Positions 1 through 14,169 of a DNA stretch of 64,000 nt are shown in pieces. The stretch comes from Nageia nagi (Eukaryota; Plantae; Pinophyta), in NCBI GenBank assembly GCA_050084985.1, contig JBITNC010000002.1:21390001-21454000 (forward strand), in the 5' to 3' direction. The first letter of the stretch is position 1. Each line of letters begins with the position of its first letter. The translations under genes and the position numbers were made by a program. Under the pieces are notes generated by a model, which saw nothing but the letters and a program-made list of their open reading frames with translations, was not told the DNA's origin and searched no databases.

Positions 1-1849
1 GGATTGGCATAAACATAAAATATAACCTAAATTATTTTAATGAAGCATAGAAACATAAGCATAAAATATATTTATATTTATATATTGACTATTATAGCAT
101 AAAACTATCTATACTTGTTCTTGTTTTTGTATCATTTACAAAAAAGATATCTAAAAGTATAAACTTATTCTCATTTTTTTGGATCATTTACAAAAAGATA
201 TCCAATACATAAAATCCAATAATTCTCTTATCTTTTTAATTTCAACAAAGCCATAAGTTGATGTTAACTATCAAGTAACATTATACTAGTTATTGATGCA
301 AAATGACTATGAGATCCCATCTTAGATGTTCTTCAAAGATCAGGGGAAAAATAGAGACTACCATATTTATCCTATTATTTTTATTCAAAAATTATTAGCA
401 AGAAACACCACATGAGGTTACTGTAAGAAAAAAGGATAAAAACTAATTATGAGATAACATCCTAGTAAGCCCATTATCTTAAATTCTCTATCATGATAAC
501 ATGCATATTGTTCTTGTCCATAAATTTTGAATTACATTACTTCAACCATATAATGGGAGAAATTCATGATGCCAAAAATATAATAAAAATGTTTACATGA
601 GGTTAGCCATGCATAGATATACACACGTTAGATTTCAAAACTTAAATTAGCATCTTTAAAGTTACTCTAGGACTCTCAAAATTTAAAGAAATTCATTTCC
701 ACAAAGTGATTCCAAATAAATTATACCATGAACCATTTACTCACCAGGTCTAACCCTAGAATTATAATTGATATAATAGTATATTGCTCACCATTTCCTA
801 TGATAATTTGGCTTACAATCATAAAGAAAAGGGGAAAATAAGATAAGATCAAGCTCAAGAAAGGATTATACCCATTTTAAGGTGATTAATCAGTAAACCC
901 TCTTTCAAAGAGGTAGAATCTAGCCATTATTACTAACAATGTTATTAGCATAAACCAAGAAATAACAAAATCCCAAACTTTTATAACATACCCACCCTAC
1001 ATTCAAGTTTCAAACAAGAAATTAAGGTATAGAAAGGTTGGACTTACCACTTTATAGGTGAAAAAGAGGTGAACTAAGTACTCATCAAAATGAAAGGCAA
1101 ACTCATTATAGAAGTGATGATGTGCCACTTTACCATGCTCCTAAAGCAATGACACCTCCTAGCTCCAACTTTGATAGTTCTCTTTCATTGTAAAGAAACC
1201 CTATTTATATTCCCTATCAATATGTTCCTTTTAAAGGATAAATGCATCATATAATTGATGCCCATTAGCTAAAACTTCATAATTTTGATATAGGATTCTC
1301 AAATGGACATGGTAAACACAATGAAGAATTGGTATAGATGGCAGCCTTAAATATTTGGAAGCACCTATAGCCATCATTAAACCTCATGCTATAAGATTAA
1401 AATACCATTCAAATCAATAATGTTAGAATGTGCTAAGGTACCTCAATGCCCTTTGTCATCCTACCCTCTCCTATCTTGTATTGCCAATGTAAGAAATTCC
1501 CCTCTCTCCAATCCCTCCCCCTCATCTCTCATTTGGTCACTTCTCTCCTCTCACATCTCGATGATAAACCAAATACCCTCTCTCATCCAACCTTTATACT
1601 CAAAAAAAATGAAATGAACCTCAAGTGCCCATGTGTGCCTTTTTTTATTTTTTCTTATTTTCACTAAGGGGCGATGAAGAAATATTATTGGGGGTGGATA
1701 AAAATTGTCCCAACAAAACCACCATTTAATCAAAAATAGAGGTGGTTAAAAATTATCGTAACAAAATTGGCTTAAAATGCATGTCCCCAAATCCCTTTTT
1801 CGGTCTAGTGTTAGATATTGTTGATGCATGAGAAGGAAGTTTATTATAT

Positions 1850-2680
1850 TTATTTGATAGAATATTTTCATAAGCTTATGGGATTAAGAGGAAATATTGA
1901 GAACATTATTCTACTCTTTATTTTCAGTTGATGTAATATTTTCTTGATAAATAATTGATCAAAATGTGGTCAAAATGGACTACTTCCACATTGGAAGGAA
2001 CAATATACATCTCTATGTCAAAATCTGTGTGTGTGTTTTTTTCATTCAACTACAAAAAAAAAATTCATTTTATCATATTGCATGCATGAATTTAAGTATA
2101 TAAATAATAAAACAATACATAAAGTAAGAATTTTAATCATAAGATCAACATATTCTATCAATATTTGATGATTACATATCACAATATAATAATAATATAG
2201 GAAAAGGTAGAATAAATATCCCATCTCTATAAGAGTGTTGTAGGAAGTTTGATGTACATCATGGTATGTACCATAACCAATATTATGTACATAGTAGAAG
2301 TTATGAAAAGATATATGTCCGAGCCTAGAAAAGGCCATTGGGTGCTAGTAAAAAGGATTTTTAGATATCTACATGGTACATAAAACTATGAAATATGGTA
2401 TCATAGAGAATTCATCCTCACAAAGTCTTAAAAATAGAAGGATTTATTGATGTAAATTATACCAGTGATCTTGATTTTAGAAGTAAAATTAGTGGCTATG
2501 TATTCAACCTATTTGGTGAAGTTGTTAGTTTTATCAAAAAAAGGTAGGTTATTTTTTATCTTTAAACATCTAAAATTAAGTACATGGTAGACACTCAAGC
2601 CAATAAGGAATGATATGGATACAAAGGTTATGTGTATATATCATATTTATATAGAAAGATATGAAGATATAGATACAAAT
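1850..2680 (+). mobile_element. Decayed Ty1/copia RT/RNase H fragment
   Basis: Manual translation gives MVCTITNIMYIVEVMKRYMSEPRKGHWVLVKRIFRYL (~2261-2370, cf. copia MVCTRPDIAHAVGVVSRYMSNPGKEHW.AVKRIFRYL) and SDLDFRSKISGYVFNLFGEVVSFIKK (~2464-2540, copia RNase H). Boundaries approximate. Confidence 0.75.
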
Positions 2681-3171
2681 AGTACTCTTTATAACCCCTC
2701 CATCTAATTAGGTAATGAAGTAATTACCTTATAAATACTACAAGAATTGAAGTTTCTACCCCATGTTAGATTAATTTGAATAATCTCCTCCTTAGAGGAA
2801 TATCATCCCCCTTTTTACCAAATACCTCTAAAATAAGTATGCAAATAGTGCTCTTTCATGATCTCCTCTTCTAATTAAGAGATGAAATCCTTCACCTAAT
2901 ATAGAGAAAATAGAATGGTATATATTATTGAGTAACTCCATTTGGATATATCAGCTACAAAAAAAAGAAACAACAAACATAGAAGATAAATTGGTGTTAT
3001 TGAGTAACCCCATATGTTATTAACTCTATATGGACCCTCCTTTCTAATAGTATTAAGTATAGTTTTCACTATTATGTTTTACTATTTTCTCTCTTTTTCC
3101 TTACATTTTATTCTTCTCATATTATTTTTCTTTTCAATGTTGGTGAGGAATGTACTTTTTTTAGTCAATGG

Positions 3172-3559
3172 TGTTAGGATCCCATATCCTAACATTTACT
3201 TATATTAATTAATTAATTATATTATTAGCATATATTAAATTGTAAGTTGTTCTTACATGGTTTATAAGGTGAATCACCATTTTGTAATGAATGGCCAATT
3301 AAGGTTAGGGTAGTAGGACTATAAACATGATTAGGAGAGGAATAGATATTATATTGTAAAATATATTATTTTGAGTTGTAATGAGTTAGTCCCTTGAAGT
3401 GGCCTATGATTCATTTTATTATCAGTAAAGTTTCTCTATTATGATCTTCCTATTATTTTGAGTTGTATTGTTATTTTTTTATCATTCAAATCTATTACTA
3501 GTTCATATTTCTCTACTATTTGTCTTAAATCTTCTTTTATATATTTTGTATTCCTAACA
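3172..3559 (+). repeat. 5' LTR of the gypsy element (388 bp)
   Basis: TG...CA ends with 8-bp inverted termini TGTTAGGA/TCCTAACA; first ~110 bp recur at 13743; PBS immediately downstream. Confidence 0.85.
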
Positions 3560-6500
3560 TTTGGTTTCATAGCTTCAATTTTGGTACCTATGGACAAGTT
3601 CAAGACCTAGTCTTACCCATTCCTAGTTGAAATGCTATCAAAATATTTCTATATTTTAAGGTTGAATCAAGTTGAAGACCTAGAAATTACACATTTCCAA
3701 CCAAAATTCTACTAAAAGTTTTGTAAAACTTTAATGTTGCATCAAATATAAACCCTATAATTTTCCCATTTGATAATCAAAACTCTGCCCAAATTTCCCT
3801 AGAAATCTATATGTTTTCCTACAATCCTATTATGTTAGCCCTTTTCAAATCATATAATTTATCTACCAATCCATTTTCATTTTCCATTTCCTCATTTTTT
3901 ATTGACTTTGAAACTACACCTAGATTCCATTTCTAAAAAAAATATTTTTTTCACTTCATAACCTTAGGTTTTCATATCAAAAATAGTAGCTGCTAAAATA
4001 GGTAAAAAACTTCAAAGGTTGTTATCTCCCAAACTGTGAGGAATTAGTCAATTCTGAAAATGATTATTCATTATCAAAGGTATAAAAAATAAAAAATAAA
4101 TAAGTCTATGGGTCCAAAACTCAACATTTTGATACTTATCCCAATGTGATTTTTTTTATCATTTGATATAGAGCACCCATACACTTTTCCAATTTTAAAG
4201 ATAACAGCTTCTAAAAATAGCAATTTCCATTAATAATAAGATGGATGATAGGAGATGATCCTTGGATATAGATAAATTATCTCAAAGAATTGATTACATA
4301 GAAAAACTAATTGAAAATATCCACCTCCCAACTACCCTTGACAAACTCAAAAAGACAATGGAGATTATAACTTCTAGTTATTGTTCTCTTCATAAAACAC
4401 CTACAAATTCATTAAAAAGAATTAGTTATAGATACATCCTTTGGTTCAAGTGGATCGAATGTATCTCAACCATAGAATGGGAAAGACATTTGCATAGCTT
4501 AAGGACCTCAACAAGCCTTTATTCTTCCATGCATGACCAAGATATATTTTCTTATATTTGATGGTGAAGAACCTATAAGTTGGATGTATCATGAAGAATA
4601 ATATTTTTCCTTGAATCAAATTCCTAAGGCACAAAATTTAAACATTACCTCATTTCATCTAGATTACTAAGCTATCCAATGGTACCATTTGTTTGAAAAG
4701 GACAATGTAACCCCTTACTAGGGGATTTAATGAAAAATATCCTTATCAAATTTAGCCCATGTCACTTGGAATATTTCATAAGTGCACTAACTAAACTTTT
4801 CCAAACAACCATGATAATAGAATATCAAACTCAATTTGAGAAGCTTGCAAATTATACTAAAGGACTAGATGAAGCATTTTTTATAAGTTATTTCATTAGT
4901 GGGTTGAAGGAATAAATTCAAGTGGAAGTCAAAATGTTGAATCCTATCAATATCATGGTAGTTACAATTCTCACTAAAGTAGTGAAAGATAAGTTCAATG
5001 CTCAGCATAAATAAGCTAAGCAACCATTTTGAAAACCACATAATTCTTAAGGTATACTAAAACCAAATCATCCATTGATGATAAAGTGACTGAATCTAGT
5101 GGAGATGAAGTAGCATAATACAAAGGAGCTCTATTATAATTATGATGAGAGATTTGGGCTAGGCCATCAGTGCACTACTCAAAAATTGTATGTCTTATAT
5201 GTCAAGGCCCTAATAGAATCAATGATGATACATTTGAACATGTAATGACATACATAGTGGAGAAACTAGAGCAAACCATTCAAGAGACTCCTAAAATTTT
5301 TTGTAATTCCCTATTAGGATATTCATCATCATAAACTATGAAATTTCTTGGATATTTTAAATAATAAACCCTAATAGTGTTAATTGATTAAGAGAGTACA
5401 CATAATTTTATTGATCCCATAATAACCAAAAAGACCAACTGTAATATACACCTACAAAATAGTTTTGAAGTGATAATCAAGAATGGAGGGAAATTTTCCT
5501 ATAAGGTATAGTGTTGTAATATCAAGTTCATTCTAGGATACTATCAACTACAAAGTGACATATATGTCATACCATTAGGGGGATGTGATATGATCCTTTG
5601 TTCTCAATGGTTACAAACATTGGGACCTATTAGTTGGTATTTTTATGAGCTTTGGATGAAATTAATATTTGGGGTACATAAATATACTATCAAAGGACTA
5701 AGATTAGGACCATAAAAAATTATTAGTTCCCACTGCATGGATAAACTACTTAAGAAAGGAGGTAAGGGAATGGTGGTACAACTATTCTTAATTCAACTCT
5801 TTGAGGAAGGACATGGAGAATTATAATAACTATAATATTCATCAACATGCCATACAGGTATTTTTGAAGAACTAAATGCTCTTGCATCATTCTTATAATC
5901 ATATTATCCAACTCATTGTAAGGATTCAACCATCCAACATTCGATCATACCACTACCTATGTTTCCAAAAGGATGAAATTGAGAGACTAGTCTAGGATAT
6001 GTTAGAGGTTGTTATCATTCACCTCAATGTAATTCATTACTCTTATTATGTTCTATTGGTTTGCAACAAGGATGGATTATGGTGTATGTGCATCAAATTT
6101 TGAGCTCTAAATAAAATCACTATAAAGGATAACTTTCCTATTCTTGTCATTGATGAATTTTTGGATGAAGTACAAGGTACTAAATATTTCTCTAAACTAG
6201 ATTTCTAATCCAGGTACCATAAAATCAGGCTCTATAAAGAAGATATTTCCAAAAATACCTTTCACTACACACATGAAGATAGTTGTGAGTTTTTAGTGAT
6301 ACCATTTGATTTTACTAATGCTCCTTCCATCTTTTAGAGTCTCATGAACTAGGTATTTTTCCCTTACCTTTAGAAATTTATTTTAGATTTATTTAATGAA
6401 ATTTTTATCTAAAATAAGAATTATAATGATTACTTGTCCCAATTAGATTAGACCTTACAAATTCTTCAAGATCACCAATTATATACCAAATATTATAAAT

Positions 6501-7449
6501 ATTCCTTTGGATGTAAGGAGCTTAAGTATCTCAAGAATATTATTTTTGAAGAGGGTGTCAAGGTGGATCCCCTAAATATTGAATACATGAAAAATTGGTC
6601 ACTTTCAAAATATTTATAAAAGTTTACATGGATTCCTAGGATTAATTGGGTATTACTATAAATTCATGAAAGAATACAAAAAGATTGAAATCTATCTCAC
6701 CACCTTGCTCGAAAAGAATAATTTCAATTGGTCATCTGTTGCTAAAGAATATTTTCATAGACTAAAGGTTGCCATGTGTTCTACTCCAGTATTACCCATG
6801 CTCAATTTCTTCAAACCTTTTATAATTTAAATTGATGCCTCTAGAGTAGGAATTAGATTTATCCTAATGTAGGAAGGATGTCCCTTGGATTTCATGAGAA
6901 AGGTATTCTTTGATAAAACTTTGGCTAAATCCATATTTGAAAAGGAAATGCTCACTATTATTCATGATATTTAGCATTAGGGACCATATCTCATTGGTAA
7001 ATATTTTTTCATTAAAATAAATTACCATAGTTTGAAATATTTCCTATAACAATGTATCTCAACTCTTGAATAACAAAATTTGATACCATAACTTTTGGGA
7101 TATGACTATGATATTGTGTATGGAAAGGATAGTGAAAATATATTTGTAGATTCCATTTAATAGAAATTTTAGGAGCCTACAAAATTTTAAGCCATCTCAT
7201 ATCTAATCCCTTAATTCTTGACCAAGTTAAACAATAATGGATTCATGATAGCTTTGCTCAAATAATGATTCAATATCTATAGACTAATCCTACTCGCAAA
7301 CCCTATTTCTCTTGGTATGATGGGATTATTTGGTTAAATGGTTGTATTGCACTACCTGCAAACTCTTCATATCATGAGTTGATACTTCAAGAATTGCATG
7401 CCACTCCAACTAGAAAAAACTTTAGGTTTCTAAAAACATATAGGAGAGA

Positions 7450-10400
7450 GATCCTATAACACTACCTCCTAATTCCATGTAATGTTTTCCACCTAATCTT
7501 GACTTCACAAACCCTAAAATTTTAGAACTATTTTTTTTATTAGTTCAATCACTTGAATGGTCTAAGAATGGATAAGGTGATTCATATGATCATATTAGTG
7601 CTTCTAGGTAGTCAGCACTCACATAGAAATATTGGTCAAATATGGATAAACTAATCCTGATCATAATCCTTCTAGTGTTCACTTCTCAACTCTCATCCCA
7701 TTGGAATATGCTATATGAGTGATCCCACCATTTCTTCTCACAAACTGTGCAACATACATTCTGGTCATAATGTAGTGGTTTCCTACTCAAGGCCCATATC
7801 ACTTGAGAGAACACTCATTCACTAGGTTATTCATCTTTTTTTATGTAACCCACTAATTCATAGGTGCAGATAGATTGTCCTAGGAAATCTTCCTTATGAA
7901 TGGGTAAACATCATTGCCTATGGAATAGTCATCATACTCATATTTCCTAAACTATAGGTAGTATGACTACTAGTTACCCTCATCCAATAAACATATTTTT
8001 ATCAACTGTTAGCCTCATTTGACAACCTATTGAGGATATGATACACTATCCTTACCATATCTATTAGCTAGGCTCACCATGGATTCTAGCATCCCCATGC
8101 CCATATCTTAGGGATCCATGGGTATGGACATAATACCCTAAAGTGGTTTGTATAGTCTAATGAGTTTTAAGCAAGGTTATAAAAATAAACCACCCATGTT
8201 CTATCAATCCTACAATAATTGATCTCGGATCAAAAATTAAGGTTTATAGATTTTACACTTGTATCAAGCATTAAGATGTTACTATAATCTATTTTCTTGC
8301 ATACAAATCACTTTTTGCATTAATAATCATATTTGATAAACAAGAATAGTTATTCCATCAAATGTGCATAATAAGTTTTTAAACAACTTGTTCATGAATT
8401 CATTAAAGAATATTTAATAGTACCATAATTGTCCCATATGCTTGGTGCAGTGCATGGAGTACTACTTTAAAAGAACTTCACATACTAGAGACTAATAACT
8501 AGCCTTGAGATAACACTAAATTATAATAAGTAAGTGTAATGTAAAGTGTTCTATACTCAAGAATTATTATTTTTTTATCTTTTAGTGAATCTTCAAACAT
8601 TTGACTAAGACATATTTTTACCAAATCCATGATGTAGATTTCTAATTAGTTATCTTCTAAAGTTTTAGTACCTTAGACTAAGAACCCTAATATTTCATTT
8701 TAACTTGAACCATTATCACTCTAAAATATTCAATGATGTGCAATATATTCCTCATCATTTGTTTAATTATTATTTTACTTAGAATACATTCATTATTCCC
8801 ATTTCCATACCTTTCATTTTATTATTCCTAAGGATGTGTCCTATTCAATGTTCAATCCACCAAAGGTTTTCTTTTAATGATTAATTATCTTTTTAGGATA
8901 CATGAGAGATCTTGTTTCATTATATAATCATATTCCATAATATCACTAAAATTAGTTGAATCATTTAAGGTATATTGAAAAAAATAACTCACGATTACTA
9001 TAAATTAGGGTAGTTTCTCCTTAACACTTAGATTATGCATGTCTAAATCCTAATTTATTGTATATTGATATAAACCCTTAATAAGTTAAAAAGTATGATA
9101 ATACTTTTGTGTTACTAGATAATTATATCATGTGGGTACATTTTGAACTCACATTTTTTATCTAATTATCTTCCTAAAATAGCATTTGTATCTTTACATG
9201 TAAGAGTACAACTTAGGGTGAAACTCATACATATATTGGATTATCACCAATAATCTACATAGTGATATTAGGTTATCCTTCTTCAAATCTTATCCATTTA
9301 CAAATGTCTAAGTATTAATGGTATCATTACATGCTCTTGTATTCATAATGTGTTAGGGAGTGTAGTGTTACTTTGTGATTACCAAATACTTATTTTCATA
9401 TGGGCATGTTTTGGGTTGTCACTTTATTATTTAATTAATTCTCAAAAAAAAAAAAAAGCACATCATAGGATGAGATATGTCAAATACACATTTTTAATTA
9501 TCATCAATAAGTTACATATGGATACTAGGAGAACTCTCTTTTAATTACATCAAATTTCAAACACTAATATGTAATGTTATCATTCCATATTATTATCTAA
9601 TGGTACTAAATTACAATACATGAAGCATTTATTTACAAGAGTGATCCCTTACAATTAATAAGAGTATTTTCATAATAGATTTTTCAAGTTTTAATCTAGA
9701 AGGTATTCAATACATATTTGTCTTCTTGGTATATTTGATTATTCTCCTCACTTTCATGCTTCTCCAAGGATCTAAGGTTTATCAATGATAGGTACTAAGA
9801 GAGGTATTGGAGTATTGAGTATTAGGAAAACCCCTTTTTTACCAAAATACACCTCAAACTATTCTAACAAATTAAATACCCTACTTATAGACCTCAATAG
9901 GTTTTATGTTCTCTTTAGAACAACCTCTCTTCCTTGTTATAGGGTAACATCACAACCTTATAAAATAAATATCTCATAAGAACTCGTAAGTTAATCATTA
10001 TATATCTATTTTTTAAAAAAAATTGAACCTATTGTATCTTCATTTCCATCTTTAAACATGATTATCAAATTGTCAAATTGTTCACTTTAAATTTAAATTA
10101 ATTCAAAAACTTTACCTTTATCATTCCTTGAATAAAATGTGATCAATATAACAAAATATATATATATATATATATAGTCACAAGGTCTTTAAATTGAAAT
10201 ATTTTTGGATTATAAACCAAAATGTCTTTTTCTATTTTGCAATTCTTGTGAGAGAAGAACAGATGTGACCAATGGTCAAGCTTGAAAATATTTTGATAAC
10301 ATACCTTATTGAAATGGGATTCTATGATCATAGTATATATCCATAAGTAATACATTAAAGGAGAGGAATGAATCATTTGACAAAATTGTCTTTAAAAAAT

Positions 10401-12567
10401 ACTATTCCACTTACCATAAATTTTACCCAACACAAATGTGTTAAGGAGGTGATGAGTTGTTTGTAAAAATGCCTCATATAAATGTAGTTCCATAACCCAT
10501 AATGAAGGCAGGACAAGTGCATAGAGGGATTCATGGAATACCCTAAAAAGGGAGGATTTACTCATAGATTCATTTGACCAAATACCTCATCGATATATGT
10601 TTCCTACTCATCAGATATGCCCTAAAATGGATATGGTAAAGAGGTTGCGAGTTTTTGATAAAATATAGTATTTAGAATGCAACATGAAAATAGGAAATTT
10701 ATCAAATGCCATCAAATAGAAGCATTGGTATCAAAATATATATAATATATATAATATATAATGTATGTATGTATGTATGTATGTATGTATATGTACACAA
10801 CAAATATATGGGAGGGTCAAACACCTTACCAAAATCATACAGAGTATGCACAACTATGTTGAAGGGGTATGTGCTACAATGACCATAGAATGGTGTACAA
10901 GCAATTATCTCATAGTGTAGGTGTGTTAGGGAGACCGGTCATCTATTTGAAAACAAGCACAATGCCATTCTACAACCCTTTGCCCTTATTCTCCTAGTGA
11001 GAGCCATCAGGGGAGCTCAAGATAAAATTATTTTCAACATAGGAAGATGATAGGAAGGTAAACTATGTTGTTTTCAAAGGATTTGGAAATTGCCTATTGG
11101 ATGCACAATTTCAAATAAGACCATTTTTTATTATAAGACTTTGCTATACAAGTCTTCATGAATATTAGTAAAATTATTGTAATCTATTTTCCCTCCCTTT
11201 TCTAAATAATACCATATAAAAATAGAAAAAATATACCATGTACTTCCATGCAATAAAATTCCCTCTTTTTTATCTCAATAATCACCTCATATAACTAGAT
11301 ATAGTAGAGAAATATTACATCTATGAGTTCCTTTCACCCAAAATAAATAAGTTTAAATTAATGTGTGTATCCCTTCTTTGTCCATATATAGACAAGGTGT
11401 ACATTGTAATCACATGCAAAGATATACAACACTATGCTTAAAAAGTACAAACTTATGTAAGGAAAATAATAATAAAAACAATCTTAACCATTATTTCAAC
11501 CCTTAAATAGGTTACCCATTCTTCAATACTCAAAAATTATCAAATAACCCTTAATGCTAAAGCTAACCATTTTAGCCTTAGTAGCTAAAATGAGAGATAA
11601 GAACCCAGACAATTGAGAAGAAATTCCTTCCTCCACAAGACTCTAGACCAAAATCTTGGAAAAAAAAAAGAGAGAATGATAAGGTGGGCCCTTTCCTAAG
11701 GTTTCTCCAAGAATTTATAGCTAGAGGTTGCTATAGTATATCCAAAATTGTGTCTAGTCATCCAACCCATTTTTTTATTTTGGAAGGTGCAGGCATTTTA
11801 TTTTTTTGTGGTAGGTCTCAATAATTTTTTTGCAAGTATTGCATCATAAAAATAATAATTTGAACCCTTTATATTAGGCTACAAAATATGTCCAATTATT
11901 TTATACACCTAACACAAGGAAACAAATTGTGTGGGGATACCTTCTCCATTATTTTCACAAAATCCTAAAATAACCTTGTAACCTCCAAAATATGACAAAC
12001 AATCCTTTTAACCCTAAATTTTATTTTTACCCAAATTTACTAAGATTTATAGGTGAAAAATTCAAATTCAAATAATTTGAATATTCCTTACATCATTCAA
12101 AAAATAGTCAATTAATTTCCTTAGCATTTTCCAAAATGCATGTCATATTTTTTTAATAATCACATTTACTTATGGTGACCACTTCATCTTGCATGGTAAA
12201 TTTATTAGTACACACACACATATAAAATTGAAATCAAATATTATCTGTAATAATTATGGTATGCATCTATATGATCTATGAAGGTCATTGTGGTTATCAT
12301 CGAATCAATACCAATCATTTTCTCACTCTTACCAATCCATTCCCATAACCAACTCATCCTTGGCTCCTTGGGTCTTTATCTTGACTCCCATCTTGAGTCA
12401 ACTTGTAACCTATGTCAAAAAATTCTCAAAGCTAGCATCAAATCAATATAAATAATGCATATATCCATTCATAATTACTCATATAATAATACAAATAGAT
12501 TTAATCACATTCAAATTCTTGAAAGCATTCAAGTCTTAATAAGTGCAAATTGGGTGGGTCATTACAA
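7450..12567. mobile_element. Nested, heavily decayed LTR-element-derived insertion(s) inside the gypsy integrase
   Basis: Host integrase stops after FLKTYRR (~7447) and resumes IWSFY*PRMK*DINKYISTCNFC at ~12569. Insert has LTR-like ends TGTAATGTTTTCCACC (7478) and GGGTGGGTCATTACA (to 12567). No clean TSD; probably composite. Confidence 0.55.
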
Positions 12568-14169
12568 ATTTGGTCATTCTATTAGCCAAGAATGAAATAA
12601 GATATCAATAAATATATTTCTACATGTAATTTTTGTTAGCAATAAAAAGGTGAGATAATTAGTACCCTAGATCTTCTTTAGCCTCTACCCATATCAGAGT
12701 GAACTTGGACTAATATTTCAATGGAACTTATTGAAAGCCTCCCAATATATTACAAGAAATAAGTTATCATAGTGGTAGTGGATAGGATGTTCAAGGATAC
12801 ACACTTTTTCCCTTTGACTCACCCATATAAGGTTTTCAATGTAACATAACATTTTCAAACTCCATAGTATCCCTTCTACTAATTTTAGTGATCATTATCT
12901 AGCCTTTACTGGTAAATTTTGGCAAAATTATTTAAACTCCAAGGTAATCAATTCCATGTGAGCTCAATTTATCACCCTTAGATAAATGGTCAAATAGAGA
13001 TTGTTAATAAGTTCTTTAACCCAACCCATCCATTGGGTTAAATGAATTCCCTTAGCAAAATGGTGATATAATACTTCATATCATACTTCCATCAAGATGA
13101 CCCCATATGAAGTATTGTATGGCCTACCCTCACCCATTATGGCCTCCTATATTCATGATATCACTAATGTCTAAGTAGTAGATACCATTTTAACTAATTG
13201 AGGAGATATACTCTACATACTTTAGGAGAATATACAAGTACCTCAATACTGTATGAAATAACAAGTTGATCAACAATGCATCAAGAGGGAATTCTAATAA
13301 GGAGAGATAATTTTCTTAGGGCTTCAACCATACTAACATACATCTCTCAACATAAATGGATCCCAAAAGCTAGATCCATAATTTTATGGGCCTTACAAAA
13401 TTCTTGAATGTATTGGACCTTTAGCATACAAATTGGCATTACCTGCATCCTCAAAGGTTCACCTTGTCTTTTATTTCTCTTATCTTAAGAAGGTATTAGG
13501 ATCCCAAGCCATGATTCATATTGAACTACCCAAATTCATTGATGATATCTTCATAATGGTAAAACTTGAGGTATTTCTATACAATGTATGCACCAACTTT
13601 GTAACTACATCATTATTGAATTTCTTATCCTATGGCATACATTGGTCCCTAAGGAGGAAACTTGGGAGATACTTCATTAGCTTTAGCAATAGTTTCCTAA
13701 ATGCAAATTTGAATACAAATACCTCTTTTAAGAGGGATAGCATATTAGGATCCCACATCCTAACATTTATTTATATTAATTAATTATATTATTGATATAC
13801 ATTAAATTGTAAGATGGATAGACATATTTTGTAAGATGAATCATATTAAATTGTAAGATGGACAGACATATTTTGGATGATGTGATTGATGGGATTGGTA
13901 GGTTGAGTCTTGTTGGTATTGAATAACCTCATCAACTTGTTGAGAAATCAAAAATATCATAGACTATTCCTAAGCAACTCTCCAAAAAAAATTAAATTAT
14001 TCATCTTAATGAAGTTAGAAAGATGGGAAGTAGGAGTTCCTACTGAGAAAGATCATAAGATGGAGTAGTAGAGGATTTAGATTCAAGTTATGATATGGAA
14101 TGTTCATTTGATAATGAATTGAATTTTTTTCCTAATTATGAGCTAACTTTTGTTAAAAATAATTTTTTC

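Larger units (their letters stand above)
3172..13875 (+). mobile_element. Decayed Ty3/gypsy chromovirus-type (Reina-like) LTR retrotransposon, interrupted by a ~5.1-kb insertion
   Basis: 5' LTR 3172-3559 (TGTTAGGA...TCCTAACA), then degenerate iMet PBS TGGTTTCATAGC (3562-3573). Gag remnant YQTQFEKLAN..FISYFISGLKE (4730-4915). Protease LIVLID*ESTHNFID (~5370). [36 protein letters not shown] (~6105-6205). RNase H ~6800-7150. Integrase split at ~7450/12568. Chromodomain remnant EFLILWHTLVPKEETWE (~13618-13668). Purine tract then 3' LTR starting TATTAGGATCCCACATCCTAACAT at 13743, truncated at ~13875. Confidence 0.85.

Noticed and set aside
1-1750. Identifiable element in the first 1.7 kb
   Set aside because: Looks like decayed LTR sequence, but there is no diagnostic motif or boundary I can support.
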